Of a stretch of 64,000 bases of DNA, positions 22,279 through 34,419 are shown in pieces. The position numbers and the translations under genes were made by a program. The notes beneath the pieces are model-generated. The model saw only the letters and a list, made by a program, of their open reading frames with translations, did no database searches and was not told where the DNA came from. The stretch comes from Guillardia theta CCMP2712 (lineage: Eukaryota > Protista > Cryptophyta), in the NCBI RefSeq assembly GCF_000315625.1, contig NW_005434553.1, positions 97,170-161,169 on the forward strand, written 5' to 3'. Positions within the stretch are counted from its first letter, which is position 1. Every line of letters begins with the position of its first letter.

Positions 22279-24130
22279 ATCTGAAGTTCTCTCCTCAGAC
22301 TCTCTTATCTTATCCTCCTTCTCTCGTCATTGCATCAGCTCGCCAGGCATCTCCCTTATCTCTGCACTGCACATCTAATAGCCCTGCATGAAAATCTTCT
22401 TCAGAATGGACAATCCTTGAATGGTTATTGCCCACTCAGCATAACTGTAAACTTGACGCAGACAGTCTTCTCGTATCTCGACTTGGAACTCTGCTGACAG
22501 GCTTGTTTGTGTGACTTTCTGACGTCCGATGTAACGCACTATTTCAGAAACTCGGGGGCCCGGGAGGATGGAACGTATGCCAGCCGTGCCAGTCAGATAG
22601 CGCCGAGCCTGTTAACAAAAACTCTCCTGTAAACCAAGACGACTTACGTGTTTTGCGAGGCGGCAATGTAGCGTGTGGGACGAAGAGGGGGCTTTCCTAG
22701 CCGTCTTGCTAAGGTCCTCTCATGTCTGGATGCTTGGCCCTGGGTTTCACATCCTAGCATACAGTCTATCTCTCATGTGCTCCTCAATTCTGGTTTTGTG
22801 TGCATTAAACTCGGTCTTGAGCAAAAACTGTCTTGTTACAACGGTAGTAAGGTCGATGTGATATCTGCGTGACTTTGGACTAGTACAAGTCTAACAAACG
22901 GGCCCGGGGCCCGGCGGCGTAGTACCGTGACGGGGGCGGTCCGACCGTCGGACCGTACCGCCGGCCGTGCCGGTCACTGCCTGCGCCTGACTCAGGGCCC
23001 GCGGCCTAGGGCCTCGCTCGGAGGCCGGGCCGGGCTGCCGGCGGGCGGCCCGGCGGGGCGGTGGCCGCGTCCGAGTCACCGTGGCACGGCCGCGCGGCGA
23101 GACGCCCGCGGCGGCGGGGCCCGGCCCGGCCCGGGGGCCCGGGGGACTCCGGCGGCGGGCCGGTACGGTACGGTACGCCGGTACCGTACCGCAGTGCCAG
23201 GACTCGGATCGGGCGCCGCTCAGCTCTCGGCGGCTGAGTGATCGGACTCGTCTGGGCGGCCGGCACTCCGGGCCGCCGGAGTGCGCGGCCCAGCCGGGGG
23301 CCTCCCGACTCGCCGAGCCCCGGCGGCGTCGGAGTCCGGATCGGCAGAACCGTCAGGGCCGCTTCCCCTTCGGAAGTTCGGAACTTCGGAAACCGCTGCA
23401 GTGCTCACGTGACAGTCTCGTGAGCGGCCGCAGTCAGTGGCCCCGCAGTGCGCGGATCAGCGTGAGCCGTACGGTGCGACTTTACTTAATCATGGCACCT
23501 GGTTTACGAGGTACGTGCTCGATGAGTTTGTCTTAGAGGCAAAGGGCTGCGATCTCGTAGCCTTTCACCTTCTTCAACCCCAAGCGAGGCGAGCCGTTAT
23601 TTGTACCCGGCGGGATTTACTCGCCGTCACCACTGGGGCCACCCCCCTCACCCCCAGGCTGATCATCATACCGTACTATCATATCAGTACGGTGACGTTC
23701 ATACTAGTAGGCTAGGCTACCTGACTCGTGACCGTACCGGCGGGAGTCCCTCACTTGAACTCAGTGACCCCCACCCCCTGGGGGTACTGACCGTACGGAG
23801 AGTCTTTGCCATCACTGAAGAGTCTGAATGAGAGGCCCTAGTCCCACTTATGCTCTCAGTGTGGTCCCACTTATGCTACCCCCACCCCCCTTTGAATCAG
23901 CGGCACCAAGGGTACCATGACCCGCCCTCACATGGTAAGTTTTACCCCCACCCTTATCTTTGCATTTCTTTCTTTCCTCTGTACTACCCCCACCCCTCCC
24001 TGCAGCATCCCCCTGTCACTACCCCCGGAAATCCCCCCCTACGTACCCTTCTCCCCAGCACACCCAGTACCCCTGTCCCCTCCCTCACCTACCCCCCTCG
24101 CTCCTCATCCCCTCACTATTTCACCCAGAA
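20750..24130. promoter_or_regulatory. Large island between divergent kinesin and AMT genes: GC palindrome cores ~20990-21305 and ~22900-23470, TACCC/CACCC flanks
   Basis: Very high GC cores with GCGGCCGC, CCGCGG, GGTACC, CGTACG; flanks 20750-20930 and 23630-24130 rich in ACCCC. Confidence 0.6.
21308..22899. repeat. Direct repeat pair (21308-21658 and 22567-22899) around ~900 bp of AT-richer, degenerate sequence; possible TRIM-like element or partial tandem duplication
   Basis: Near-identical copies from GATGGAACGTATGCCA to AGTCTAACAAAC. No TG..CA ends or target-site duplication seen. Confidence 0.85.
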
Positions 24131-24402
24131 GGCCTCAAGTTTGTGGCTCTAAAAGGTCGCGAGGTCGCAGCCCTTGAATAGATTTTGAAATTGTTGGCTT
24201 AAGTTTCAAATAGATTGGTTCATTGTTGAATAATGGTTCACGCCAGGGACTCCCATATAAGTTGAGGGCGGCAGTCCAGGTAGCAACCTGTTCCCCCCCT
24301 TCGAGGAAGAGCAGCCGCAGACAAGACAAGTTTTCGTACAAGCACAGGCTTCTCGTGACATCAATACTACTCTCTTCAAACAAGCAAGTTTAGCAAGCAA
24401 CA

Positions 24403-26457
24403 ATGTCAAGCTCAATGGACTCTGGAGACACAGCATGGATGTTGACTTCATCAGCAATCGTTCTCATGATGACAATCCCTGGTCTCGCTCTCTTCTACGG
24501 AGGCCTCGCAAGGACTCCAAACGTTCTCTCGACTGTCATTCAGAGCTTCGCCATCACCTGCCTCGTCACCTTCTGGTGGCTCGCGCTGGGCTACTCGCTG
24601 TCGTTTGCGAGCGGCAACTCCTTCTACGGAGGGACCTCGAGGATGTGGCTGACGGGCCTCACCTCGGACTCCTTGATAGGCACCATCCCCGAGACTGTCT
24701 ACATCTTCTTTCAGCTCACCTTCGCCATCATCACCGCCGCCATCATCACCGGCTCCTTCGCTGAGCGCATGCGCTTCGGGCCGATGCTCATCTTCATTTC
24801 CATCTGGCACATCCTCGTCTACTGCCCCATCGCTCACTGGGAGTGGGGCGGCGGCTTCATGGGTCAGAAGCTCGAGGTTCTCGACTTTGCCGGAGGAGAT
24901 GTCGTGCACATCAGCTCGGGCGTGTCTGGTCTCGCCGCGTCCTTGATCGTAGGGAAGAGGAAGGGCTTCGCTCAAGGACAGGAGCTCCCTCCTCACAACG
25001 TCATCTTCGTCTTCCTTGGAGCCTCTCTCCTGGTGAGCTCAGCTATACTCTCCTCCCTCTCTTCCCCTCCCTTCTTCTCCCCTCCCTCTCCTCCCCTCCC
25101 TTCTCCCCTCCCTCTCCTCCCCTCCCTCTCCTCCCCTCCCCTTCTTCTCCCCACACTCCGCTTCCTCCTCACTCGCCCCTCACTTGCTCACAGTGGGTCG
25201 GGTGGTTTGGCTTCAACGCGGGTTCAGCTGTGGCTGCCAATGGAGCAGCCGGCATGGCGGCTCTCGTGACTCAGATTGCTGCGGCCATGGCTGGCTTGTC
25301 ATGGATGTTCACTGAGTGGCTCGTGAAGAAGAAGCCGAGTATGGTCGGCCTTGTTAGGTAGATGCCTCTCCTCCTCCTCTCCTCCTCTCGCACTCCTCCT
25401 CCTCTTGCCCTCCCTCCTGTTCCTCTTGCTCTCCTCCCGCTCGTCTTGCTCTCTTGCTCTCCCTCACACTCTTGCACTTCATGTTCTCCTCCCCTCCCTC
25501 TGCTCCTCTGACATTCTTTTGCAGTGGTGCAGTAGCTGGACTGGTGGTTATCACTCCTGCCTCTGGCTATGTGAACCCGACGGGAGCGTTTGTGATGGGA
25601 GTCATCGGAGGTCCTATCTGCTTCGGAGGCATCCAGCTGAAGCACTACCTGGTCAGTCCTCCCCTCCTGCCTTCCTCTCCTCCTCCCTCCTCTCTTCTCA
25701 TAACCCTGTTCCTTACCCCTCCTCTCAGGGCTATGACGATGCTCTCGACGCCTTTGGCGTGCATGCTATCGGCGGTATGGTCGGAGGAGTCCTCACTGGC
25801 TGCTTTGCCGACGCCAAGATCGGAGGCACCAACGGAGCGTTCTACGGGAACCCAACGCAGGTAGAGGAGAGGAGAGGAGAGGAGGGGTGGGGAAGGGAGG
25901 GAGGAGGGGAGGGGAGGGGAGGGGAGGGGAGGGGAGGAGGGGTGGGGAAGGGAGGGGGGAGGAGAGGAGACGCTCGCTAGTCGCTCACGTTGTTGTCAGC
26001 TCGGGCATCAGATCGCTGGTATCCTCATCACTGTCAGTTACTCGTTCGTTATGACTCTCATCATCCTCAAGCCCATGGACATGGTGAGTGAACGTCTCCT
26101 CGCTTCTCCTGTCTCCTCCTCTCTCCTCCTCTCACCTCCTCTCACCTCCTCTCACCTCCTCTCACCTCCTCAGCTTCTTCTTTTCCTTCCCCTGTCCCTC
26201 TTTCTGTTCCTCCGCTTGCTTCCCTACATCCTCTCACTCGCCCTCTTCCTCTCTGACGGGCTCTGCAGATTCTTCGCGCGGCCACCGGCCATGGCTTGCG
26301 CGTGAGCGACGAGGCGGAGGAGAAGGGGCTGGACCTCTCGGAGCATGGGGAGAGCATCCTGGGGGATTTCTTCGGGGGCCCAGGGCACGTGGCACCTGCT
26401 TTGTCGATCAAGGTGGAGGAGAACAGGACGAGCTCCAACCTGGTCATCACCAACTAG
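24403..26457 (+). CDS. AMT: Ammonium transporter, AmtB/Amt2 type, multi-exon
   Basis: GDTAWMLTSSAIVLMMTIPGLALFYGGL, FQLTFAIIT, AERMRF, DFAGGDVVHISSG, WVGWFGFNAGS, DDALDAFGVHAIGG, C-terminal EEKGLDLSEHGE. Confidence 0.96.
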
Positions 26458-26765
26458 AGTGAAGTGACTTGAAAGCCTGACGACAGGGTCGTCGTGTAAT
26501 TTTGTAGTGAGATGGAAGTAAACTTGATATGAACTTGACAAGCGAGTGTTCGGGTTGTCGGGTAGAGATGAAGAGAAGGGAGGGAGAGGGAGAAAGGTGA
26601 AGCATGCGAAGATCGAGGAGTAGTCCACAAGGGTTCAGACGAGGAGGCGGAAGCAAGCAACCTTGAAGGGATAGTTTGAGATATCATTTGAGGTTTTTAT
26701 ATTTACACATGTAAGTTTGCAGCACAAACATCTAAGCTTGCGTCTTCTCCTCTTCCTCCTCTTAT

Positions 26766-28568
26766 CTACATCACCTCAGGCATCTCCCTCAGTCCCTCGC
26801 GTCTCCCCCCGAACGCGAGCGAGAAGGCTCGTTTCTTCTCCCCGAGCTTCTCTAACGACCACACGCACACAGCCGTCGCCTGGTCGTTGAGATGAGGAGC
26901 CATCGCCTCCGCTCGCGCCATCAGCGTCGCCATCGCCTCCTCCTCGGGCTTCACCTCCAGCGCCGCCAGCGCCCACAGCACGTTGGCGACTCCCTGGGCG
27001 TTGAGGCTGGCGATGCGACGGGGGGGGCGGAGGAGGCGGAGGACGAGCGTCTCGTCCCTGTCCTTGAGCTTTGCGAGGGACCACAGCATGCTGGAGGCCT
27101 CCTGGGGCCTCAGCTCCTCCTCTAGCTGCAGCGCGCGGTCCTTGAGCTGCCGGTAGAGCTGCGGGCATGGCGTCCTGCCGGACTTGGCGAAGGCCCAGAG
27201 GGCGTTGGCGACGTTCTGACCGTTGAAGAGATGCGACACGCGGGAGGCCCGGCGGGTCAGCAGCAGCAGCCCCTCCTCCCCGAACGTCAGCCCGAGCCGC
27301 GCGTGTGCCCAGAGGATGTTCGACAATTCCTGCGCCTTGAGCGAATCCGCCACCTCCATCATCCTTCTCGTCAGCCCCACCACCAGCTGCTGGTTCGCAG
27401 CTCCGAGCTTCGCGAGCGACCAGAAGCTGTTGGCCACCGCCTGCCCGTTGAACTGCTCGCACACCTCGCATGCTCGCGCGCACACGGCTCGCACCATCTC
27501 CTCCTCTGCCATCCTCCCCGTCCTGCTCGATAGCGTCCCCATGGCCCACAGCACGTTGGCGATGCCCTGGGCGCTGAAGTCCCCGGCGATCTTGGACGTC
27601 CTCCTGCGGAGCTTCACCATCGTCGCCTCCTCAGGCACGTAGCCCAACTTCGCTGACGCCCAGAGGAAGTTCGACACGTCCTGCGCGTTGAAGGACGCGA
27701 CAATCTCGTTTGCATGCCCAACAAGCGTTCTCATCACCTCCTCCCCGGGGTCGAAACCGACCTTAGCCATCGCCCACATGCTCGTCGCCGTCTCCTGCGC
27801 GCTCAGCCCCTCCACCTCCTTAAGCATGGCGGTTCTCACGGCCCTTGCCAGCTCCCCCTCAATCCTCTCCCCAAGTTTCGCCAGCGCCCACAGGCTGTTG
27901 GCCACATGCTGAGGCGCAAACTCCCCACGGAGCATCAGAACGGCAGCTCGTCGCCTCAGCGCAACCACCAGCTCGTCGCAAGCTGGGCGATCCATCTTGG
28001 CGATGGACCAGAGGACATTGGCGACCTGCTGCTGGTCGAAGAAGGAGATCATCTCCATCGCCTGACTTCCCAGCACCGCAAGCGACTCCTGCATCTCCAT
28101 CCTTTCCTCTCCTCCTGCCCCAGCGCGCCTCGGCTGCAGCTTCGCCAGCATGTAGAAGGCCGTAGCCACGTTGACGTTGTTGAGCTCCCCCCGATTGTCT
28201 TCCACGAGGCTGCAGAGAGAGGCCATGCTTGCGCTCCTCCTGATCTTCGAGTTGAGCGACCTCGCCGACTGCATCCCGGGGGTGAACCTCTCCTGCTTGT
28301 AGTTCCTCGCCACAGGATGCAGCGACGACACAACGGCTGTCTCCTTCCTCCTGCTCCTCACTTGCCTCGCCCTCCCCTCCTCCTTCCCCTCGGGCCGCAG
28401 GGCCATCAAAAGCCCTCGAGCTCCGTCGGCATGCCAACGGCCCGACATTGGAAGGGCTTGCTTGGGGGAGATGGTAGGCAAAGTGAAGGAGAAGCTGGAG
28501 CTGAGATGGACCAGGAGCAGCAGGGCATGGAGGAGGCGAGAGAGTGAGTGGCGACAAGTTGGCAGCAT
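26766..28568 (-). CDS. Octotricopeptide-repeat (OPR)-like helical repeat RNA-binding protein, probably plastid-targeted, intronless
   Basis: About 11 repeats of ~38-40 aa with FxxQxVANxLWAxAKLG consensus; N-terminal hydrophobic signal ending SSSF followed by a Ser/Arg-rich transit-like peptide. Confidence 0.85.
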   Translation of the reverse strand: MLPTCRHSLSRLLHALLLLVHLSSSFSFTLPTISPKQALPMSGRWHADGARGLLMALRPEGKEEGRARQVRSRRKETAVVSSLHPVARNYKQERFTPGMQSARSLNSKIRRSASMASLCSLVEDNRGELNNVNVATAFYMLAKLQPRRAGAGGEERMEMQESLAVLGSQAMEMISFFDQQQVANVLWSIAKMDRPACDELVVALRRRAAVLMLRGEFAPQHVANSLWALAKLGERIEGELARAVRTAMLKEVEGLSAQETATSMWAMAKVGFDPGEEVMRTLVGHANEIVASFNAQDVSNFLWASAKLGYVPEEATMVKLRRRTSKIAGDFSAQGIANVLWAMGTLSSRTGRMAEEEMVRAVCARACEVCEQFNGQAVANSFWSLAKLGAANQQLVVGLTRRMMEVADSLKAQELSNILWAHARLGLTFGEEGLLLLTRRASRVSHLFNGQNVANALWAFAKSGRTPCPQLYRQLKDRALQLEEELRPQEASSMLWSLAKLKDRDETLVLRLLRPPRRIASLNAQGVANVLWALAALEVKPEEEAMATLMARAEAMAPHLNDQATAVCVWSLEKLGEKKRAFSLAFGGRREGLREMPEVM

Positions 28569-29619
28569 GTCGGGGGACGAGGTTGACAGGCAGTTTTCAG
28601 CAAACTGTCATCAATCCCAAAGGAGACCTGCCAGTTCAGTTCAGTCGTTTCAAAGGGAGCAGGAAGGCTGTTGACGCTCCACCACCACCTCCTCCATCCG
28701 TCCTGTCATGACCGTAAAGGTCCTTCTTCTAGTATCCTCTAGATCCCATGTCATCCCACCTCCTCGCGCCATCTCCTGATCCTCACGAGGTTCCAAGATC
28801 TTAGCTACCTCTGCTCAAGACCCGTTCCTTCACTCTTTCTCTGCTCCAGCTTCCTCTATACCCTCTTGCTCGAGTCCCACCTATTGCCCTGTCTCAATCA
28901 ACTCCTGTCCCACCCTCATCCCTCAACCCTTCGCTCTTCTCTCCATTTCGTCTCCGTCCTGCAATCGAAACCTATATGATCGCTTTCCTCAGTTGTTCAC
29001 TGTCATGATCTTTTCCTCTTTATCTTCCTCCGTGTCCTTCTGCTCTTACTCCATCTTGTTCTCCTCCTCCTCCTCCTCCTCCTCCTCCTCCTCCTCCTCC
29101 TCCTCCTCCTCTCCTACATTGTTCTCGCACTCCCCTCTAATCATCTTCCTTGTATGGGCACCCTGACCCACCTACAAGGCGGCTCCGAAGTACCAATGAG
29201 CCCATGACTCACCCCTACCCCCCAAATTCCACCCTATCGCTAGGATATATGGGGGTGAAAACAAGTACCCCACCCTCACATCATGTGCCCTTTCCTGTAG
29301 AGTGAAGGGGTGGTACCGCAACCACCGGTGGAGTCTAGGGCTGTAAAGAGGTTTGGAGAAGATGAGGTGGGGTACTTCGTTGGGTATTAGGAGGGGTGAT
29401 AGATACTAGGGGTCAGTGTGACTGAATGATAAGGGGTAGAGAGAGGGAAACAGAATTTAGGGTTGCAACTTCGAAATTTTAAAAGTAATTTTTAAACTAT
29501 GAGGTCTGAGTACGAAATTTTACAGAAACTTCAAATCAGCGTCAAAGATTCATTTACACGACAGTTGTCGTGACAGAGTTCTATTAGTTTTAACATCATC
29601 ATCATCATCATCATCATCA

Positions 29620-30822
29620 TCATGATCATGATCATGATCATCATCATAACCATCATCATCATAACCATCTCCATCTCCATTATCATCGTCATCGTCATCA
29701 TTCGAGGTTTTCGAGATTGTTCATCATCATTGGAGGTGTTGTTGTGCAGCAGAAAAATAATATCAACATTCAGCTTCTCCTCCTCACTTCTTCTTCGACC
29801 TAGCTCTTTCCAGCTGAGCGGTAGCAGGGGATCAGGAGCTGGAGGAGACCTCTTGCCATGTTTACCTGAGCCTTGAGCTCTGCGATGTACATCTTCTGCC
29901 GTTCTCGAATGTTCTCGCTCTCACTCAGCGCCAACTTGAGCTGACAGGCAAGGCAGACGTGTCAGAAACAAGGAGTTGCATGCACGAAGATAGACAATCA
30001 GTGCAAAGATGTGAGATCAGGACTGTGATGTATCATCTGACTGTCCGCAACAGACAGTCTTCGACCTTGTCTCGCACTCTTGTTGATTTCTTGAGTTCTT
30101 CGATCTGCGAGTTTGCTTTCTTGAGCTCTGACTTCAGATTTTGATTCTCTTTCTGTTCTCTGCGCAGACTGTCTTCTGCCTGTACGAAGGATAATGAGGA
30201 GGAGGATGCGAATACAAGGACGGTCAACAGGAGGGACAGGAGGAAAGACAGATACACGTCCATCGAAGTTGTTCACAGACGTCATAGTCCTCCTCCTCCT
30301 CCTCCTCCTCCTCCTCCTCATCATCATCATCTTCATCGTCGTCGTCATCATCATCTCAATTAACAATCATCTCTATCATCATCATCACCACCATCTATCA
30401 GCAGCAACAAGAAACAGCACTTCACCCGCGAAAGCTTTCCTCGCAGGAGCTTGTTGTTCCGCATCGCCCTCTCAAGGCGACCCTGGGGCTAGTCACTGAT
30501 CTCACCTGACCGCTGAAGTACTGCACACCTTCAAACTCCCGTTGTTGAGGGAGGAGGGAGTTGAGTAGACAAGTTCTGTCTCCATGCTGCTCCTGTTCTT
30601 CTTCGCCCTCCTCCTCTCCCTCCTCTCCGGCGTCGAGGCCTCCTGCTCTGACGCCTGAGCATGCTCGCTCTCGTTGCCGGCCCTGCTGGAGGCGTTGGAA
30701 GTGTTGAAGGAGTGGGAAAGAGCTTCGAGATCACGTTGCAGCCTGCAGCTCACGGCTGTGAGGGAGAGGGAGGAGGAGAGGGAGGAGGAGGATGGTGATG
30801 ATGATGATGATGGTGATGGTGA

Positions 30823-30856
<34 letters not shown>

Positions 30857-33240
30857 GGTGGTGGTGGTGGTGAGGAGGAGGAGGAGGTATTCATCACATC
30901 AGAACTTCTTCCTCTAGCTTCAGCTGCTTGTCCGCCATGTCCAGCCCCTGCATGTACGGCTGACTCTTCACCTCTTCCTTCTTCCCTTGTCCTCCTCGTT
31001 GAGCAGGCGAGGGCTGTGGGGAACAGCGTGAGCACTGGAAGCTGCTGGGCGGGAGCTCATAACCTCCTGTAGCCCCCTGCTCGTCTCTAGCTNNNNNNNN
31101 NNNNNNNNNNNNNNNNNNNNNNNNNNNNNNNNNNNNNNNNNNNNNNNNNNNNNNNNNNNNNNNNNNNNNNNNNNNNNNNNNNNNNNNNNNNNNNNNNNNN
31201 NNNNNNNNNNNNNNNNNNNNNNNNNNNNNNNNNNNNNNNNNNNNNNNNNNNNNNNNNNNNNNNNNNNNNNNNNNNNNNNNNNNNNNNNNNNNNNNNNNNN
31301 NNNNNNNNNNNNNNNNNNNNNNNNNNNNNNNNNNNNNNNNNNNNNNNAGGAGGAGGAGATGGTGCTGCCGGTGGAGGAGGAGGAGATGGTGGTGGCGTGG
31401 AGGAGGAGGAGATGGAGTCTCAGGTGGAAGAGGAGTGGTCTGGTAGGACAAGAGCAGCAGAGAGGATATTGTTACCATCCTGTTTCTCAACGACTCGGCT
31501 TTCGGAACATGATCGAAGGTTTGAGAATCACCATTGGTCTTCTTTGAAATTTCTCTTTGGGATTTCAAGCTTTCAACGTGGCCACTGGAATCTCCTCTTC
31601 TCGACGAGCTTGCACTTCTCACATCTCTGGTCCCTGTCACGTTTCATGTCACGAAGATCAGACGGGAGGAAGAGGAGGAGCACTAGGGAAGGGGGAAGGG
31701 AGGAAGAGGAGGAGGTGGTGGTGGAAGAGGAGGAAGAGGGAAGTGAATGGAGGAGGAGGGAGGGAGGAAGAGGAGCGCGCATGGCTGACCGAAGAGCACG
31801 GCGGAACGGTTCTGCTTGTTGGCAGTTGGCAACTTCTTCAGCGAAGGAGTCACGAGACTCCTCGTCTTGTTCGCGCTGGAACGAGAGAGCAATCAGACTT
31901 CTTGTGTTGCTCATGTTATGTTCCACCTTGCCGGCCTAGTCTTGGAGCTAGTTCTGTAGCCTTCATCTGATGTGATATCAAGTCAAAAGACATTCACAAC
32001 GGAGAAGGAGAGAAAAACAAAGCAGAGGCAAAGTGAGGAGCAGATGGAGGAGAGTTTGCTGTCAGCAAACAAAGGGAGACTCTTGAATAAACAGACATCT
32101 CCTCTCCCCTCGCTGATATTTCACCTCTCATCCACGTGCTCCTTGCGCTCTTCAGGTTGGCTGCAACCTCAGCTGCTGCCTTGCTCATGAAGGTCGATCG
32201 CTCGTGCGCGTCGAGGTATTGAGAGCTTTTGATCAGAGCTTGGTGCTCGCTGACATTGCATCATGAGGAACGAGGATGATGATGATGATGATGATGATGA
32301 TAAGGAGGAGGAGGAGGAGGAGGAGGAGGAGGAGGAGTGGGTGAGTGATGATGAGTAAGGGNNNNNNNNNNNNNNNNNNNNNNNNNNNNNNNNNNNNNNN
32401 NNNNNNNNNNNNNNNNNNNNNNNNNNNNNNNNNNNNNNNNNNNNNNNNNNNNNNNNNNNNNNNNNNNNNNNNNNNNNNNNNNNNNNNNNNNNNNNNNNNN
32501 NNNNNNNNNNNNNNNNNNNNNNNNNNNNNNNNNNNNNNNNNNNNNNNNNNNNNNNNNNNNNNNNNNNNNNNNNNNNNNNNNNNNNNNNNNNNNNNNNNNN
32601 NNNNNNNNNNNNNNNNNNNNNNNNNNNNNNNNNNNNNNNNNNNNNNNNNNNNNNNNNNNNNNNNNNNNNNNNNNNNNNNNNNNNNNNNNNNNNNNNNNNN
32701 NNNNNNNNNNNNNNNNNNNNNNNNNNNNNNNNNNNNNNNNNNNNNNNNNNNNNNNNNNNNNNNNNNNNNNNNNNNNNNNNNNNNNNNNNNNNNNNNNNNN
32801 NNNNNNNNNNNNNNNNNNNNNNNNNNNNNNNNNNNNNNNNNNNNNNNNNNNNNNNNNNNNNNNNNNNNNNNNNNNNNNNNNNNNNNNNNNNNNNNNNNNN
32901 NNNNNNNNNNNNNNNNNNNNNNNNNNNNNNNNNNNNNNNNNNNNNNNNNNNNNNNNNNNNNNNNNNNNNNNNNNNNNNNNNNNGGAGGAGGAGGAGGAGG
33001 AGGAGGATGGTGATGAGGACGAGGGGTATGGGAAGGGGTATGGGAATACGGAGGAGGATAATGAGGAGGGGTAGGGGAGGATGAGTGGCAGTGGGAGCTG
33101 GGGATGAAAAGGACGGGGAGGGGATGAGTTGTTACTTGTGAGTCTCTCCAGTAGGGAACAGTTGTCTTGCTCTTGAAGATGACATTCGAGTTTGCTGTCG
33201 TGTAAAGATATCATCATCATCATCATCATCATACGTGATG

Positions 33241-33283
<43 letters not shown>

Positions 33284-33433
33284 GTTATTCTCGATCATCG
33301 TGTCTAGAGGAAAGACAAGATTGATATTTCACCGCATCATCCGGAGAGCTTGCTGATAGCATCTTTTTCTTTTGACTTGAGCTGACATTGTAAATGAGAA
33401 AGTGAAACATTCAGACTAGAACTCAACAAATCT

Positions 33434-33472
<39 letters not shown>

Positions 33473-34275
33473 CCATCCATCACCGTTCCTCCCTCTCTGC
33501 CTGTCTCTGTCCCTCCTCTTTTCGACATCACCTCTGGTTGTATGCTTGTTGAGGTGTTGCATGTGAGGAGGTCAGAGGTGAAGTGTCAGGTGTCAAGACT
33601 GCAGCCATGAAACATGTCAGCGAAAAGAAACAAGAACAGAAACAAGAACAGAAACATGAGCGACAAGACAGAGAGTACTTCAGCCTGAGTGAAGAATATC
33701 TGGTACCAATCACTTCTCACAAGTCATGCTATCGCGTACAACTCAACTTCTATCCACATCGCATCCACTACCATGGCTCGCGCATCTAACAAACATCCTT
33801 GCCTTCCCTCACCTGTGCTGTTTTCCACGTCCTCTTGGCTGATCCCAAGGACTGCCATGTAGCTGTCGAGCACACTGTGCCTGTGCAGACGGGAGGAGGA
33901 AGGAAGGCACGGAGCAGATGGGTAGAGAGGAGAGAGAACGGAAAACGACAAGGAGGGAAGTATAGCAGGTAAAAAGAAAGAGGGGAGAAGAATTAAAGAG
34001 AGGCAAGGATTCAAGATAAAGATTCAAGACAAGTAGTCAGATGGTTGTTGTCAATCCCTCCATGCTGTTCCCACAACTTCTCAAAGCTCACTGATACTCA
34101 AGAACCCATGATCCTTCCTTGTTGCTATCGATCTTCATGTCCTCAATACTTACAGCTACACTCCCTCCGTCCCTCTCTGTATCCCTTCCCTGTATCATCA
34201 CTCCTCCTCCTCCTCCTCCTCCTCCTCCTCCTCCTTGCAAGCATGCCAGTACATTGATTCGTCGCTCTCCGCCAT
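29620..34275 (-). CDS. Uncharacterised multi-exon coiled-coil protein
   Basis: Putative start MAESDESMYW; coiled-coil exons (AEDSLRREQKENQNLKSELKKANSQIEELKK; LQRDLEALSHS) with GT-AG boundaries. Ends uncertain; spans two gaps. Confidence 0.45.
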
Positions 34276-34419
34276 AGCGCCCGAAATTTTTGATCTATTG
34301 TTGAAAACATAAATTCTAACATATTCTATTGAAAAGTTCTCAGTGACACTCAATAAATTATGAAACTCTCGCAAAGATCCCAGCAATAAACTATTAACAT
34401 TACCACAGATCTTTTTGAA

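Noticed and set aside
21308-22899. Autonomous LTR retrotransposon
   Set aside because: No gag/pol ORF, TG..CA termini, PBS/PPT or target-site duplication identifiable; kept only as a direct repeat.
20951-23536. Arg/Pro/Gly/Ala-rich ORFs in GC islands (also 46.5-47 and 49.2-49.5 kb)
   Set aside because: Stop-poor because of extreme GC; no domain signal; open on both strands.
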